Below are positions 51,701 to 64,000 of a stretch of DNA of 64,000 nucleotides, in pieces. Source of the DNA: Antedon mediterranea. Its lineage: Eukaryota; Animalia; Echinodermata. The stretch covers positions 31,360,388 to 31,424,387 of the forward strand of contig NC_092670.1 of NCBI RefSeq assembly GCF_964355755.1, given 5' to 3'. Both the position numbers and the translations under genes were made by a program. Under the pieces are notes generated by a model. That model was not told where the DNA came from, made no database searches, and saw only the letters and a list, made by a program, of their open reading frames with translations. The first letter of the stretch is position 1, and each line of letters begins with the position of its first letter.

Positions 51701-54700
51701 TTTTCTCCTAAAGTATATGAAAGTTAAATCCTTATCATCCTACATAAACTGAGAAGACAGGAATAGGAAGACAAATTTGTTCTTTAATCGCAACTATGAA
51801 TTCCCAAATAAATTGTATTAAACCTTTTATACTAATAACGATGACTTTCATTTATTTAACATCAAATGTGTTAAAATTTGAAGTCTTTAATTACCATACA
51901 TGACTAATAAATAGTTTAACTTTAAGAACAACTCAAGTTTCCTTCAACATTACCCAGTTTCTTCCTGTGTTGTACAGAAGGCAGATAGTTGTCAATCAGG
52001 TCTATTAAGTGAAGCTGTTGCATAGTAATTGGTAGTTGTACACTGTTGACAGTGACAGGAAACAAATAGACACTAGTAGAAACACAGTTGATGGACACTT
52101 TTGTTAGGTAATGGGACGATTCGGCCCTGAGACAATTCGGCCCGGGACGATTCGGCCCGGGACTATTCGGCCCGGGACGATTCGGCCCTGAGACGATTCG
52201 GCACACTTAAATTTATCGGCTTTGATATGCATTTTATAAGCATAAAATAAGCTTTTTCCCTAAACTTTATTTCCAGAGAGACTATGGGGTAGTACTACTA
52301 GGGATAAAGATGCAATAAAGCAAACATTTTGAAAACATTGTCGAAAATGATCAATTTTTAGTCACGCGGACCATGGAGGTATAAACCTCCATGCGCGAAC
52401 GATGTAAACAAGTTACGCCCTCTGTTGGCCGCTTGGCGAGTGCACGAAATAAACAAGGTTTTCGAAGTAATAAATTGAATATAAAATTACGTTTTTTTAG
52501 TAATTTATTATATATATTATATCAAAATTGTCAATATCAATAAAATACAGATTGTTAAACACCTTTAAAAACTTGATAAATACCCAAAAAAATGAATATG
52601 AATTTGGTCTAAAATGAGACGTTTCGGCCCACAAAGTGGGCCGAATCATCCCACCAAAAGTGGGCCGAATAGTCCCGGGCCGAATCGTCTCAGGGCCGAA
52701 TCTTCCCTGAAGGAAGGAAATGAATTATGTTACATAGTTTTATTCCTGATTAGGTGAGATTCATTAGTCAAATCAAATTAATTTGTCAAACATGATACAT
52801 TTAATCAACAACTGAAAAGTATTTTGGAGAAACAGGCATACCAGAAATTAGCAGCAAAAGTGTTGATAAATTAGCCTAAATAGCACAAAAATCCTGGCTA
52901 TTGGCTTGAATTGTACAAATTCTATACAAGATACCATTACATGTGTTGATACGGTAGGGTTTATGCCCTCCATGTTGAAATCAGTGCCATTACTTAAAAA
53001 TGTATGTTTTGAAAAAACTAAGTTTTATTCAGAAAAGTCGAAAGAAGTAGCAAAAAAGTTTCTTTCTATAGTTACAGACTGCAATTCCCAAGTGAATTGA
53101 CCCCCGAGTGACCCAATATCCGTACTGGCTCCAATTAAAAAAAGGCAATCAACATGGATTTAATCAAGCATACTGATCAGATCTCTTGTATAATATACTC
53201 ACTGTGTATACAGTGATAAGACTAATTACATTACCAATGCTTCATTGGATTAGTGTGTTCAATCCAACCTCCTGATATCTATCCTCACAATACATTAATT
53301 TGTTAGTAATTGTAGATAGTGTGCTATTGTTTTCTCTACCCTATGCATGTTTGATCGTGCTGTATTTGTATGTACACTCAGTTCCTACCTTCTCTTGGAG
53401 CCTTAAAACAACAAACTACCTGATCCCACTTGACAGTCTTCTCTGAGGCATATTTTTTCATCAGTCCATACAAGATGTTGTTTAATTTGCTGTAAGATTA
53501 TGACATTTGCTGATGGCTCCTTCAACTTGGCTTATGTAAATTAATTTTTCTGATATAAATTTTTAATAAAATTAATATCTTATTTCTTCCACTTTGATTT
53601 GCTGTCCTAATGAGCCAAGCCTATTCTGGCTTTCATCAACTCCCATATCACACAACATTTATTTTCAAATCGATTTTCTACTATTTTAGCCTGTTATTCT
53701 TATAATATTTTGTATGACAATCCAGCCAATATTTATCTTTATATAGTAAAATTTAATGTTGTGACCTTTAAATGTTGTTCAATGCTTGTATAGTTTGACA
53801 ATAGAGGTATAAATATCGTATTTATTTGAATAAATGCTCCATGGCGTTTATTGTTCAGGAGGGTTTTTAGTGGACGTTTATTTGAGGAAGGTGTTTATTT
53901 GGAGAGGCATTTTTTGTTGGTGTATTAATAATATGGTAACATGTATAATCAAATAAATACCACCTAGATATGAAAAAATACAACAAAATTAATACCTAAG
54001 AAGTGATAAAATATAGTAAAAATATATCAAAATACTAGGTAAATTGTAGATCATGTCAATCAATGAATTCTACTACAAATAGAAATGTGTAATAATACAA
54101 AATGTGTATATGCATTCCAAATGATGTTCTATGGGGAGAAGTTTATTTTAGGGAGGAGTTTATTCATATTGTGACAGACAGCAATATCCAATTAATTCTA
54201 ACATTCAATCCACTATAGAAAACATCTCCTTAACATTGTTAAGCAATAGAAAATTTAAAGAAATTGTTGGCATACAGGGAAGGGTTGACAGATATGGACT
54301 ATCAATTAGAGATGGTGGGATGAACACATTGGTATTCAGAATGCATTTGAACCATCATTGCAGTACACTGCCACAGTATTGAACCAAAGTTGAACTACTA
54401 ACAGAAATGGTAAATGCCACATAGCTTATGGCAATGTACTGGAAAACATTTCAAACTGTGTATGTGTTGTTTCACATTACTAGAGTTTACATAGACTACA
54501 ATAGCTTTAAACTTGATCCATGTAGAATGTGAAGGTCTTGGAACAGGTCTGTCTCCAAGAGCCTCCGGTTTGGACCACTTTAATTAGGAATGCCTCTGAA
54601 GTTAAAGATAATGTTTTTCTGTCTCGACTTGCTATTCAGAACAGTGCTACATTGTAAAGATGTCCTTAGATTGCACAATTTACTTTATCTTTTACAATAT

Positions 54701-57700
54701 CTTTAGTTACTTCAAACACTTACTTTGATTTAATTACCATAGATCTCTAGAAAGTTGTTTCTTTTAGTCATTTTTCTAAATGCAAAAGTATGCAAAGTAA
54801 ATATTATTTCATTTTCACTGTAACTAAAGTTATTTGTAGGTATACATTTTTCTTTCTTTTTTTTAAATCTAATTTAAACCAAATGACACCCAGTGAAATA
54901 TATGTTAATGAGAATACTAAAATATCTGTTTTACTTCTCTATAAATGTATCATAATTTTAAAGTAATACAGTATTGTAATAAAGATAAAATGTATAAATT
55001 AAGTTCAATTTCCTACTATAGAGTTTGGACAATTTATACCTATATTATATCAAAGATGGTCGATGATTATCTTTTCTAAATTACGCATTAAAAAGCTTCC
55101 TAATTAATAATTTTCCCATACATTGACTATTATTTTTGTTTATCATTCCATATGTTCCTTTCTCTGTAATTCTCTTTTTATTTGGTTGTCTTTCCATATG
55201 TTCCATCTCTATAATTCTCTTTTTATTTGGTTGTCTTTCAATATGTTCCTTTCTTTGTAATTCCATTATTAATCTGTTTGTTGCTCCATATGTTTCCATT
55301 TTTACTTCTGGTTGCCATTTCATTTTGATCCTTTCTTTTATGTTCCACCTTCTCTTATTTGATGGCAAATATTCAGTGCATTTTTATAATCATACCAATT
55401 TTCTAAAACTTTATTTAGGTTTAATGTGATGTTGAGATTTCAACATACCAACATACCTTCCCAAAATATTTTTGAAATCAAATTTTCGTTTTTCATGAAG
55501 GTAAACCTTCATGATAAACGAACATTTTATTTCAAAAATACCAACATAACTATTTAATAAATTAAATGAAAACAATTATTTAGTTTCTCCCAATAAATAG
55601 TTTCAATGTTAAAGAAGGTCATTCACCCTAAATTGTAAATCCTGTCTGATAAGTTTTGGCAGGAAAAAGGTACAAATAGGCTCTGCCATTTCCGGCATAA
55701 TTTTTTCCTACTAAACCTTTGATATATTAAATTATAAATCAGCATCATACAATTTGTTTTTTCTTGATAGTACAAACAGTAGTATGTTGATATACTACAC
55801 AACAATCCAATCATAGAAATATTAGGGAGCTTTCGATTTGCGATACAGGTTTGATGGTTTCTAGAGGTCCACACGACGACCATTGACACATTGATTGACT
55901 CAAGGCAATCTAACAACAGGATGCAAATCTTCAAAGATCAATTTCAAAGGGTTTATGTGTGGCTGCGACACAATCAGTTCCATGCCGCTAATAGACAGTG
56001 TACGCCGTTGAGAATATGTACAGTGGAGTACAGTACTGTTGGTATTTGTCGTAGGACCGTTATAAGCTTGGCAAGGCGAGCTCAGTGTCCCGTTGTTAGA
56101 TTGCCTCCATTGACCTGACCTATGTTGTTCATCGGTCCTCGGTTGTTGGCAAATCGAAAACTCCCTATTAATATTATACGGAATTATGATCAAACTATGT
56201 AGTATAGATTATGCCTGCAATAATAAACCAACTAATGTAGTATGATTATAACTGTAGAGGAGAAGAGAGAGTTACAACACAACAGGTGTGTAAAACAATT
56301 AAACAATGTAACTTCAGGTAGAAAGTGACAGGCAATACAATTTATAGAGCTCTCCTCTTGAGTTTCAAGGAATTACTTCTCTTTTCTTTACAAGCTTAAT
56401 TTTTCACCCATAACTTTAGCAGCTGTTAAGCTGCCTCTCATGAGACCCCTCTTTTTGTAAAGTGAAAGCATTAAAAGCCAATTTGCTCTAAACTTGGATA
56501 TTATTTGCTGTTAATTGAGTCAGTCAGTTTTAATTTTTTAAATCACATATTGGCTCTTTGTAGTTATGCAGTACATAGGCCTATGGCCTGTTTTATAGAG
56601 GATAACTATAATTTGATTATCTTATTGATTATGACATCAAAACATATTATTTTAGACAGTTTATAAATGTTTATCCTATAGTTTGAAGAAGAAGGCATTT
56701 CCAATTGTTTCCTTAGAAAAAATGTATATTTATCTATTTAGCTTAGCTTTCATCCTATTATAAACATGTCTTATTCATATTGTATGAAATATGCTGATTT
56801 TGGTAAAAACATCATTAAAATTGCTGAAAATGATACATGGTTGTTGACATATATTTCCTTCTCAATTATTTCCTTTTACAATATAATAAAATATAGCTAT
56901 TAATAAATTCTGATTATCATTTTAAATTTTATAATCAGAGAGTGTTCCACTATTGATTCATTCATTCATTTACTTATTACAATTTCAATGTCACTGGAAT
57001 AATCATTCACAAATGTTTAGTTTATCATACTCTCAGGGGAGTACGCCAAGTCACGCAGTCACTAAACTTTACAATAATATTCATATAAAACAATACTGTT
57101 AGAAATTGTATAATGAAAATCTCAACTTTATAATAGTTGATAGTTGTTGGATTAACATAAAAAAGCGATTAAGCCAAGGTTTCCTTTTCATTTAAACAGT
57201 CAGTCATTGTTTTTGGACATCTATGAATAAAATGTAGTAAGTAACAACCTGATGTTGTGAAGACTTATATGCAAATTACTAGGCTGTGTGCCAAGTATTC
57301 AAATTAGCTGTGAATAGTAATCAAATACCAGGTGTCATCTATTTTTATTAAGTAGACACCACAGATTTTGGAAAATTAAGTTTTGGTGATAGATGGATAT
57401 TGTCTGCAGTGTACTAGTCAGATGGCCCCTCAACATTTTCCTCAATTTATTTCACAAACTCATAACAACTCAACTGTATGTAAATTTATTAGTACAGCAA
57501 ATGATAATTACCAAGTATGTAAATTACATGACAGGTCATGACCTGTGTTAGCAAATAAAATCTTTTCCTATAAAAACAATCCAGTAGGCTTATAATGATT
57601 AATGAATATTTGATTTTTTAAGCCAGTATTTGATTATTCTATCCCATATTTATTTAGTACACTTGTCTACACATATTAGGAAAATATTGATTCAGGACTT

Positions 57701-59461
57701 AATATAACTAAATATATTAAACATTAATTCCATTCTCATGTATAATATATTGTAGTTTAAACTGAAATGATTTTGTATCAAAATTCTTCACCTCAATTTG
57801 AACCAGTTGACATTGAATTGAACTTTATTTCACTTTTCATCATTTTTATATCAAAACAAATGTTTGTTTAATGCATGCACATTTAAATAATTTATTTTCT
57901 AACACAGAACATAGGACACAAAAATGCATTATATCAAAAACAAATTCTAATCCGCCAGATGTATTAATTATTAATTTAGAAAACATGAAGATTAAGAAAT
58001 GCCATACCAACCAAAATTGAAACACAAAACATTCTACTTTTGATATGCAGATTCATAACTATTAGAACACTGGGGCTTTTATGATATTGTTCAACTCTCA
58101 ACATACGGTAGTTAGGCGGAACATATTTTTTATTAACAATTTCATAAATAAAGTTGAAAAGAATAAACACTGTGAGCATACACATACATTTTGTGTTTAT
58201 TCCTATCTGTTCAATTGTATGCCTCTTCATGAAATCAGCTACAAAGGTGAATCAATGCAGCGAGGAAATCTTGCATGAAGTTTACTGGTTTTTCCCTTTG
58301 TATTATTTATCAAAAACACCACTAAAGGCTACCAATGCATTTTTCAGTCAATTAAGCTTTGAAAATGTTAACAAGCTAAGTCTAGGTTTCTAGACATGCT
58401 TGATTTCATATCATTTGAATCTTTTATATTTATTACTGAACCATTTTCAAATCCAACCTGTTTGGCCTAATTGTTTGACTCTTCTACTTGTTAGGTTATC
58501 TCTATCAATAGTTTTGTCTCACTGCTTACCAAGCATGTTAGATTGTTTTTGTGCTGAGCACATATCAATATCTGTGCCAGTCATACAAATCATTTATAAC
58601 AGAATTCACTTAAATCATATTTTACACTGTTATGATTTTGTTGAATGCTGGCCACTGTTCTTCTGTTTGTTCTTTGCAAGTATAACTTTCCTTCGCACGC
58701 AGTGTTGTTTAATCGTATCAATTACGACACAAAATAAACATGTTTAAGATTTACTTAAAATTCAATTTAAATTTTCCAGTTTGTACTATTTATAACTTTT
58801 TGGGAATTTGCATTGTGTTTTCTTTATTAGATGAATGTTTAAATAACTGCAATTTTTTTATATAATATATTTGGTTTTTTTTCTTTCGGTGATTTTATTT
58901 ATTTTAGAGATCTGCATAATGAGTATACTTTGAAGATATATACCACTAATACATCTCTATTAAATTAACTTAAAAGTATTTACAGTAGGCAGAATTACAA
59001 GACATTAACCCAATATATAGTGCGCTAGATTTAAAAAACTTTTCCTATTTTAGTTCTCACACTACAATTAATACAATAAAATTAAATAATAACACAGGCC
59101 ATACACTGAAATAACCCTGCTCACAGCAAGACATTTCTTAGCACTGTTTTTATCCTTTTAATTGGCATATTTCTAGAAACCGCCATATGCCCAGAAGCCT
59201 GGGTCTGAAATAAGCAAACCAAACATAGAAAGAACACATTTCGATTGTTTACTAACATTGTTTACTAAGTTAACATTGTTTACTAGGTTAACATTGTTTA
59301 CTAACATTTTTACTAGGTTAACATTGTTTACTAAGTTAACATTATTTACTAGGTTAACACTGTTTTCCCTTTCCTTTACAGGAAATGGAGAAAAAGAGAA
59401 TAAGACGGATCAATGGCTGGGGGTAACAGTGAAAAGTCAAGGTCCAGGAGGATATGTTGTG
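36552..59461 (+). CDS. Integrin alpha subunit, ITGA3/6/7 (PS1, laminin-binding) group; 5' part only, continues beyond the window
   Basis: Exons 36552-36772, 43868-43995 and 59382-59461 join in phase. Signal peptide, GSFFGFSVAEH, LLVGAP, PGEVFRCPL..DCEPM and ENKTDQWLGVTVKSQGPGG match the first FG-GAP repeats of alpha6/7-type chains. Confidence 0.9.
42799..42991. mobile_element. MITE
   Basis: CAGTGGCCGTATTCA and TGAATACTGCTACTG inverted ends. Confidence 0.6.
43868..43995 (+). CDS. Integrin alpha exon 2
   Basis: Acceptor ccacag; LLVGAPIHDSLQANDVKRPGEVFRCPLSTNYSDCEPMEIDIT; donor GTTGAG. Confidence 0.9.
44172..44335. repeat. Tandem duplication, 2 x about 79 bp
   Basis: CTTGTCTAATGGATGGATGCGCACCACCCATCCAATGGGTGGACACCATCTATAGTACATTA occurs twice. 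Confidence 0.9.
44652..44855. mobile_element. Harbinger-like MITE
   Basis: AGCCTGTTTTCCTGTCGACGTTATTC and GAATAACGTAGACAGGTAAACAGGCT ends. Confidence 0.75.
45820..46430. repeat. Minisatellite, about 60-bp unit, about 10 copies
   Basis: TATATTCAGATTTGATCATGATAAACTTACTCATGATGTTGTGTAGATAG repeated. Confidence 0.9.
47181..47856. mobile_element. Harbinger-type MITE nested in a Tc1-like MITE (about 47066-47876)
   Basis: 36-bp TIR GGGTATGTTCA.ACTCAC..AGTTACGGTGGAGTTA with TAA/TTA flanks. Outer ends are CAGTAGGACC and GGTTCTACTG. Confidence 0.78.
51233..51290 (-). mobile_element. tRNA-derived SINE head relic
   Basis: Minus strand has an A-box-like TGGTCTAGAGG and a B-box-like GGTTTGAATCC; no intact cloverleaf. 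Confidence 0.45.
52107..52710. mobile_element. Non-autonomous element with tandem-repeat TIRs
   Basis: GACGATTCGGCCC 15-16-bp units on the left and GGGCCGAAT units inverted on the right. Confidence 0.8.
55903..56106. mobile_element. MITE; single ends also at about 969 and 8748
   Basis: AGGCAATCTAACAAC and GTTGTTAGATTGCCT form a perfect 15-bp TIR. Confidence 0.7.
59245..59360. repeat. 18-bp tandem repeat at the 3' end of integrin intron 2
   Basis: TTGTTTACTA(G/A)GTTAACA units. Confidence 0.85.
59382..59461 (+). CDS. Integrin alpha exon 3
   Basis: Acceptor ctttacag; NGEKENKTDQWLGVTVKSQGPGGYVV; donor GTAAGT. Confidence 0.9.
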
Positions 59462-61135
59462 GTAAGTTATATTTACATGTGATATATGCATAGAGAATGA
59501 TTATACAGATATTTTGTAGAGAAACAACCAAGCAATTTTACCACAGGCTCAGTTGCTATACTTACTTTTTTATCAATTTCGCAAGGAAATGTTTTATTAT
59601 GAATACACTTTAATATTGTGAATATTTGAATACCATACAACTTTTCCCAATAACAGCAGGTTTATTAGGCCTGTTTTGCTGCATTTCCTTAAGATAATGT
59701 AACTAAAAATAAGATACTGCATTGGGAATATATTTTGTGTGGGCAGAGATGTGTGTATGTTTATACAGCTAAAAATTGTATTATAAGTTTAATTAGTGTT
59801 CCAAAAACTAATTAATAATCATTTAATATTTGACTGTATGTAGCAGAAATTATAGTTACTTGCCATAGAGTATAACCAAGGAGTTGTTACTCCCTGGTAT
59901 AAACTAGTACTATGTTAGTGGCTTTTTCAGCAGCAGTACTGGATAGATATGGTAGTGGTACAGTATATACATGAATGTTCTTAAATGACATTAATTAGAC
60001 CTCAACTGACCGATAACCTTAGGTTATTGTACCTCTCATCCTGGAATACAGAACCTCAATTAAATATTATGATATGTTTCAGGGTCACAGATACTATCTG
60101 GTATTGTAATGTTGTCATCCTCAGGGCCTATAGCTAATTACCATATCTCAATATTCACTCAAATATGATATTCAAATAATGAATTTTATGAGTTGAAAGT
60201 TCTATTCATGAAATTGTTCAAAGAATACAAAAGAATCACAACACACCTACCTTTCTAAAGTAAACCTTTATTCAATTATTCTGTTGCTTTGATGTTTAAT
60301 AAATGTCGAAGGCTAAGCCATTAAAAACTGCATCTTCCTGATTTTGCCCCCTTAGTTGAACAGATACACACATTCACATTGCAGTGTAGATTTTGACAGT
60401 AAGGATTACCAAAATCAGATTATATAAATATTAAATATTTATGCATCTAATTGACCAAATTGATCAAATTGTATATTTGTGTACAGCCACATCAAAACCA
60501 GGCACTTGGTGAAATATATATTTTTTTAGTTGATACTATAATGGTATTCCTCACAATATATCCTTCAAAATGGTGTTTGGATCATTTAAATCAAGCAAAT
60601 ATTCCCAGAGTTATGGCAATAAATGTATATAGCATTTATACAAAATTTATTTGTAATTACTGAGTAATTAACAGTCAAAGTTTAATGACAAATCAGACAG
60701 GAAGTTGCCCCATGCTGTTACAGATTGAACAATTAACACCTTAGCAACACTACCTTCTAGATAAACAATCATTCTGAAATTTGGCACACTTATTCAATAT
60801 AGTGTTTTCTAATATTCATGAAAATTTCATCAAAATCCGAGCTGGTTATCATAGTTAATTATGACGATTACAAAGTACCACTAATTTACGTAAAATCTGT
60901 CAAATTCATTTATAATAGTGTAGTGTAAGAATAATACAGTAGGCCTACTAGTAGGTATTCAGGAAGATTGCCTTAGCTTATTATTAGTTCTAAACAAATT
61001 TTTAAAAAACAGCAAACATTTTATTAATGAACTTTATTCAATTTTATTTCTCTTTTTACTTTATTTTATCTGCTTTTTGTTCAAAATGGCGCAGGGCACA
61101 CAATGTCCCTCGTTTCTGGTCGGCAAAATTCAATT

Positions 61136-61690
61136 ACCAGTATTTTATTTGTGAGTGATTTGTATTGTACTGGTTTTTAGTGTTAATGTTATGTATGTAA
61201 GAGAAACTCAACAGTTCTTTTCAGACTTAATATACGTGGTGTACCGCAAACTTTATATCAACATTTGATTTCGCCATGCAAACCTTCAAACAATGTTATG
61301 TATTCTATTGTTGAACCAGCACCATAACAGATAGCCACACCCGTTAGCTTGAACAATGTTTTTAAGCATGATGAATAACGTGAAATTTAGCCAAGGTACC
61401 AGTATTTTATTTGTGAGGGATTTGTATTGTACTGGATTTTACTGTTGTTAATGTTATGTAATACGTCTATTGTTGAACCAGCACCTGGCCTGATCATGAC
61501 AGATAGACACACCTGTTAGCTTGAACAATGTTTTTAAGCATGATGAATAACGTGAAATTTAGCCAAGGTACCAGTATTTTATTTGTGAGGGATTTGTATT
61601 GTACTGGTTTTTACGGTTTATGTTTTGCACACACTCCCCACACACCCAACCCATCATTGGCAATTTTTAAGCATAATGAAATTTAACCAA
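61136..61690. repeat. Tandem repeat, three units of about 180-260 bp
   Basis: ACCAGTATTTTATTTGTGAG.GATTTGTATTGTACTGG at about 61136, 61398 and 61570. Confidence 0.85.
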
Positions 61691-62764
61691 ATTGAAATAA
61701 ATAAAATAGCCCAGCAGTAGGCCTAGTAAGTAAAGCCTTCCAGGAGGCTTATACTATAGAGAGGAAAACTCTATCTTATTTTAATTGGGCTAGGCCTTGT
61801 TGTTGTTATTACTATTATTATTACTAGCTAGCTAGGCCTACTATGCCATGCAGCCTATCTAGGCTAGTAGCCCAGCGTAGTAGTAGGCCTAGGCGGATCT
61901 CCGCCTAGTCTAGGCTTATAGTACTAGGCCTAGTAGAGCCACCAGGTCTAGCCTACTGTACCTAGCCTAGCTAGGCCTAGGCCTAGTGCCAGTGGATTGA
62001 GAGTTACATTGCTAATATCAACTCTTACGATAAATAACTTAGCTAGGCCCTTTACTTTAGTATGTTATAACTTATTGTTATCAAGTCTGAGTCAGTACAC
62101 GTCACTTTAGTATTACTGTGTACAGTACTTAGATGAACTATAAAAAATATATTTTTCTCGACAAGCGTGTACTAGCGATAAGATTTTGTTGACCTGGAAT
62201 TTTCCATGCTGGATGGGTCATGTGACAACATTAAACCAATCACATCGCTTCTTTCAGCGTGTTCGTAGCAAATAGGCCGTTTTTGTTTACACTAAAGGGT
62301 TCTATAAAATCGGTTTTTATTGGTCTATATCGTACAATCTGTGACATCACTCATTTATTTTTAGATTCATGAACAAAATACCTATCGAATGATACCAAGC
62401 TTTCAGGGGTTATCTACAAAATTACGGCGTAGGAATGACGAAAATAACTGCTTTTTTATAACGAATTACCACGTTCTTTCAATCAAAACACGAGGATAGA
62501 GGCTCAGATTTATGTAATTTTTACCACCTTTCCATTTGAATTAGTTAATAAGATATATATTTTTGAAATCTACGGTAAATTTCCTATCAGATAATGGTAA
62601 AAAAACAAAATGGTCAAAATATGAGTTTCACACATTCAAATGCATTTTACACAAATCCCTATCTAGCGACAAGCGCCTGGTTTTGATGTGGCTGTACACA
62701 TTTTATCTTTACTCAATAGAAGTTCCAACTTAGAATAGATATTATATTTTAAATCTCAAAATTT

Positions 62765-63575
62765 TACTTACACATATTTAGGCCTACTTACACATATTTA
62801 GGCCTACTTACACATATTTAGGCCTACTTACACATATTAGGCCTACTTACACATATTTAGGCCTACTTACACAATTATTTAGGCCTACTTACACATATTT
62901 AGGCCTACTTACACATATTTAGGCCTACTTAAACATATTTAGGCCTATACTTACACATTTTTACTTACACATATTTAGGCCTACTTATACATATTTAGGC
63001 CTACTTACACATATTAGGCCTACTTACACATATTTAGGCCTACTTACACAATTATTTAGGCCTACTTACACATATTTAGGCCTACTTACACAATCATATT
63101 TAGGCCTACTTAAACATATTTAGGCCTACTTACACATTTTTACTTACACATATTTAGGCCCACTTATACATATTTAGGCCCACTTACACATATTTAGGCC
63201 TACTTACACATATTTAGGCCCACTTACACATATTTAGGCCCACTTACACATATTTAGGCCCACTTACACATATTTAGGCCTACTTATACATATTTAGGCC
63301 CACTTACACATATTTAGGCCCACTTACACATATTTAGGCCTACTTACACATATTTAGGCCTACTTACACATATTTAGGCCCACTTACACATATTTAGGCC
63401 TACTTACACATATTTACTTACACATATTTAGGCCTACTTAAACATATTTACTTACACATATTTACTTACACATATTTAGGCCTACTTACACATATTTAGG
63501 CCTACTTACACATATTTAGGCCTACTTACACATATTTACTTTTTACACATATTTACTTACACATATTTACTTACA
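62765..63575. repeat. Minisatellite, 20-bp unit, about 40 copies
   Basis: TAGGCC(T)ACTTACACATATT repeated with no unique spacers. Confidence 0.95.
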
Positions 63576-64000
63576 CAGCACGCAATTTTACTACAATATT
63601 ATCTATTCAAATTGGCAGTACAGTAGAATGTAAATCATTTTAATAGATTAAAATTCTTTTTTCATTTAACATCAATTTAAATAAGAAAAAAATGGTAAAC
63701 TGGCGTACATCCTATAACTTGTATAAAAATCCCCTATTTTATTTTACTGTATCTATAATAATAATACTATATTGTTATTTTAAGTTTGTGTTAAATACTT
63801 CCTTTATCTTATGGTGTGTTACTTATTGTGTGGTTATATTGTGTGGTTACATTGGTGGGAGTTTCCATATATTTTAAATGATTGGTCACAAAAGAAAGGA
63901 ATAAATTGAAGATGAGAAAGATAATAGGTAGTCATTCGCTGCATCCTCCCACACACATGTCCAACGTGAAGTAAAACGTCAGAACCGATCAACCACACAA

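Noticed and set aside
51922-52206. GPNRP-repeat protein
   Set aside because: It is a translation of the 15-bp subterminal repeats of a MITE.
55081-55429. Overlapping 95-aa and 97-aa ORFs
   Set aside because: Low-complexity repeat with no splice or domain support.
62765-63575. CRISPR-like array
   Set aside because: The units are contiguous with no unique spacers, there are no cas genes and the context is a eukaryotic intron.

Overview
AT-rich, intron-rich animal genomic DNA, most likely a marine invertebrate (inferred from composition and gene content). It holds two spliced + strand genes. The first is a complete 12-coding-exon GPR155/LYCHOS orthologue (10307-31527, about 833 aa by my exon join). 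The second is the first three exons of an integrin alpha of the ITGA3/6/7 (PS1) group, starting at 36552 and running off the window. The rest is non-autonomous DNA transposons, LINE/SINE relics and minisatellites. The most unusual part is GPR155 intron 7 (17068-24838), a stack of nested elements. One of them, a hAT-type element with an exact 8-bp target-site duplication (TSD), contains the 3' end of an LTR retroelement: a 584-bp LTR, a polypurine tract and an intact intronless 294-aa gene. That gene has its own CCAAT/TATA/CAGT promoter, a possible BTB/Skp1-like N-terminus and a C-terminal C4HC3 PHD/RING finger, and is not gag, pol or env. All calls were made by eye, without database searches.
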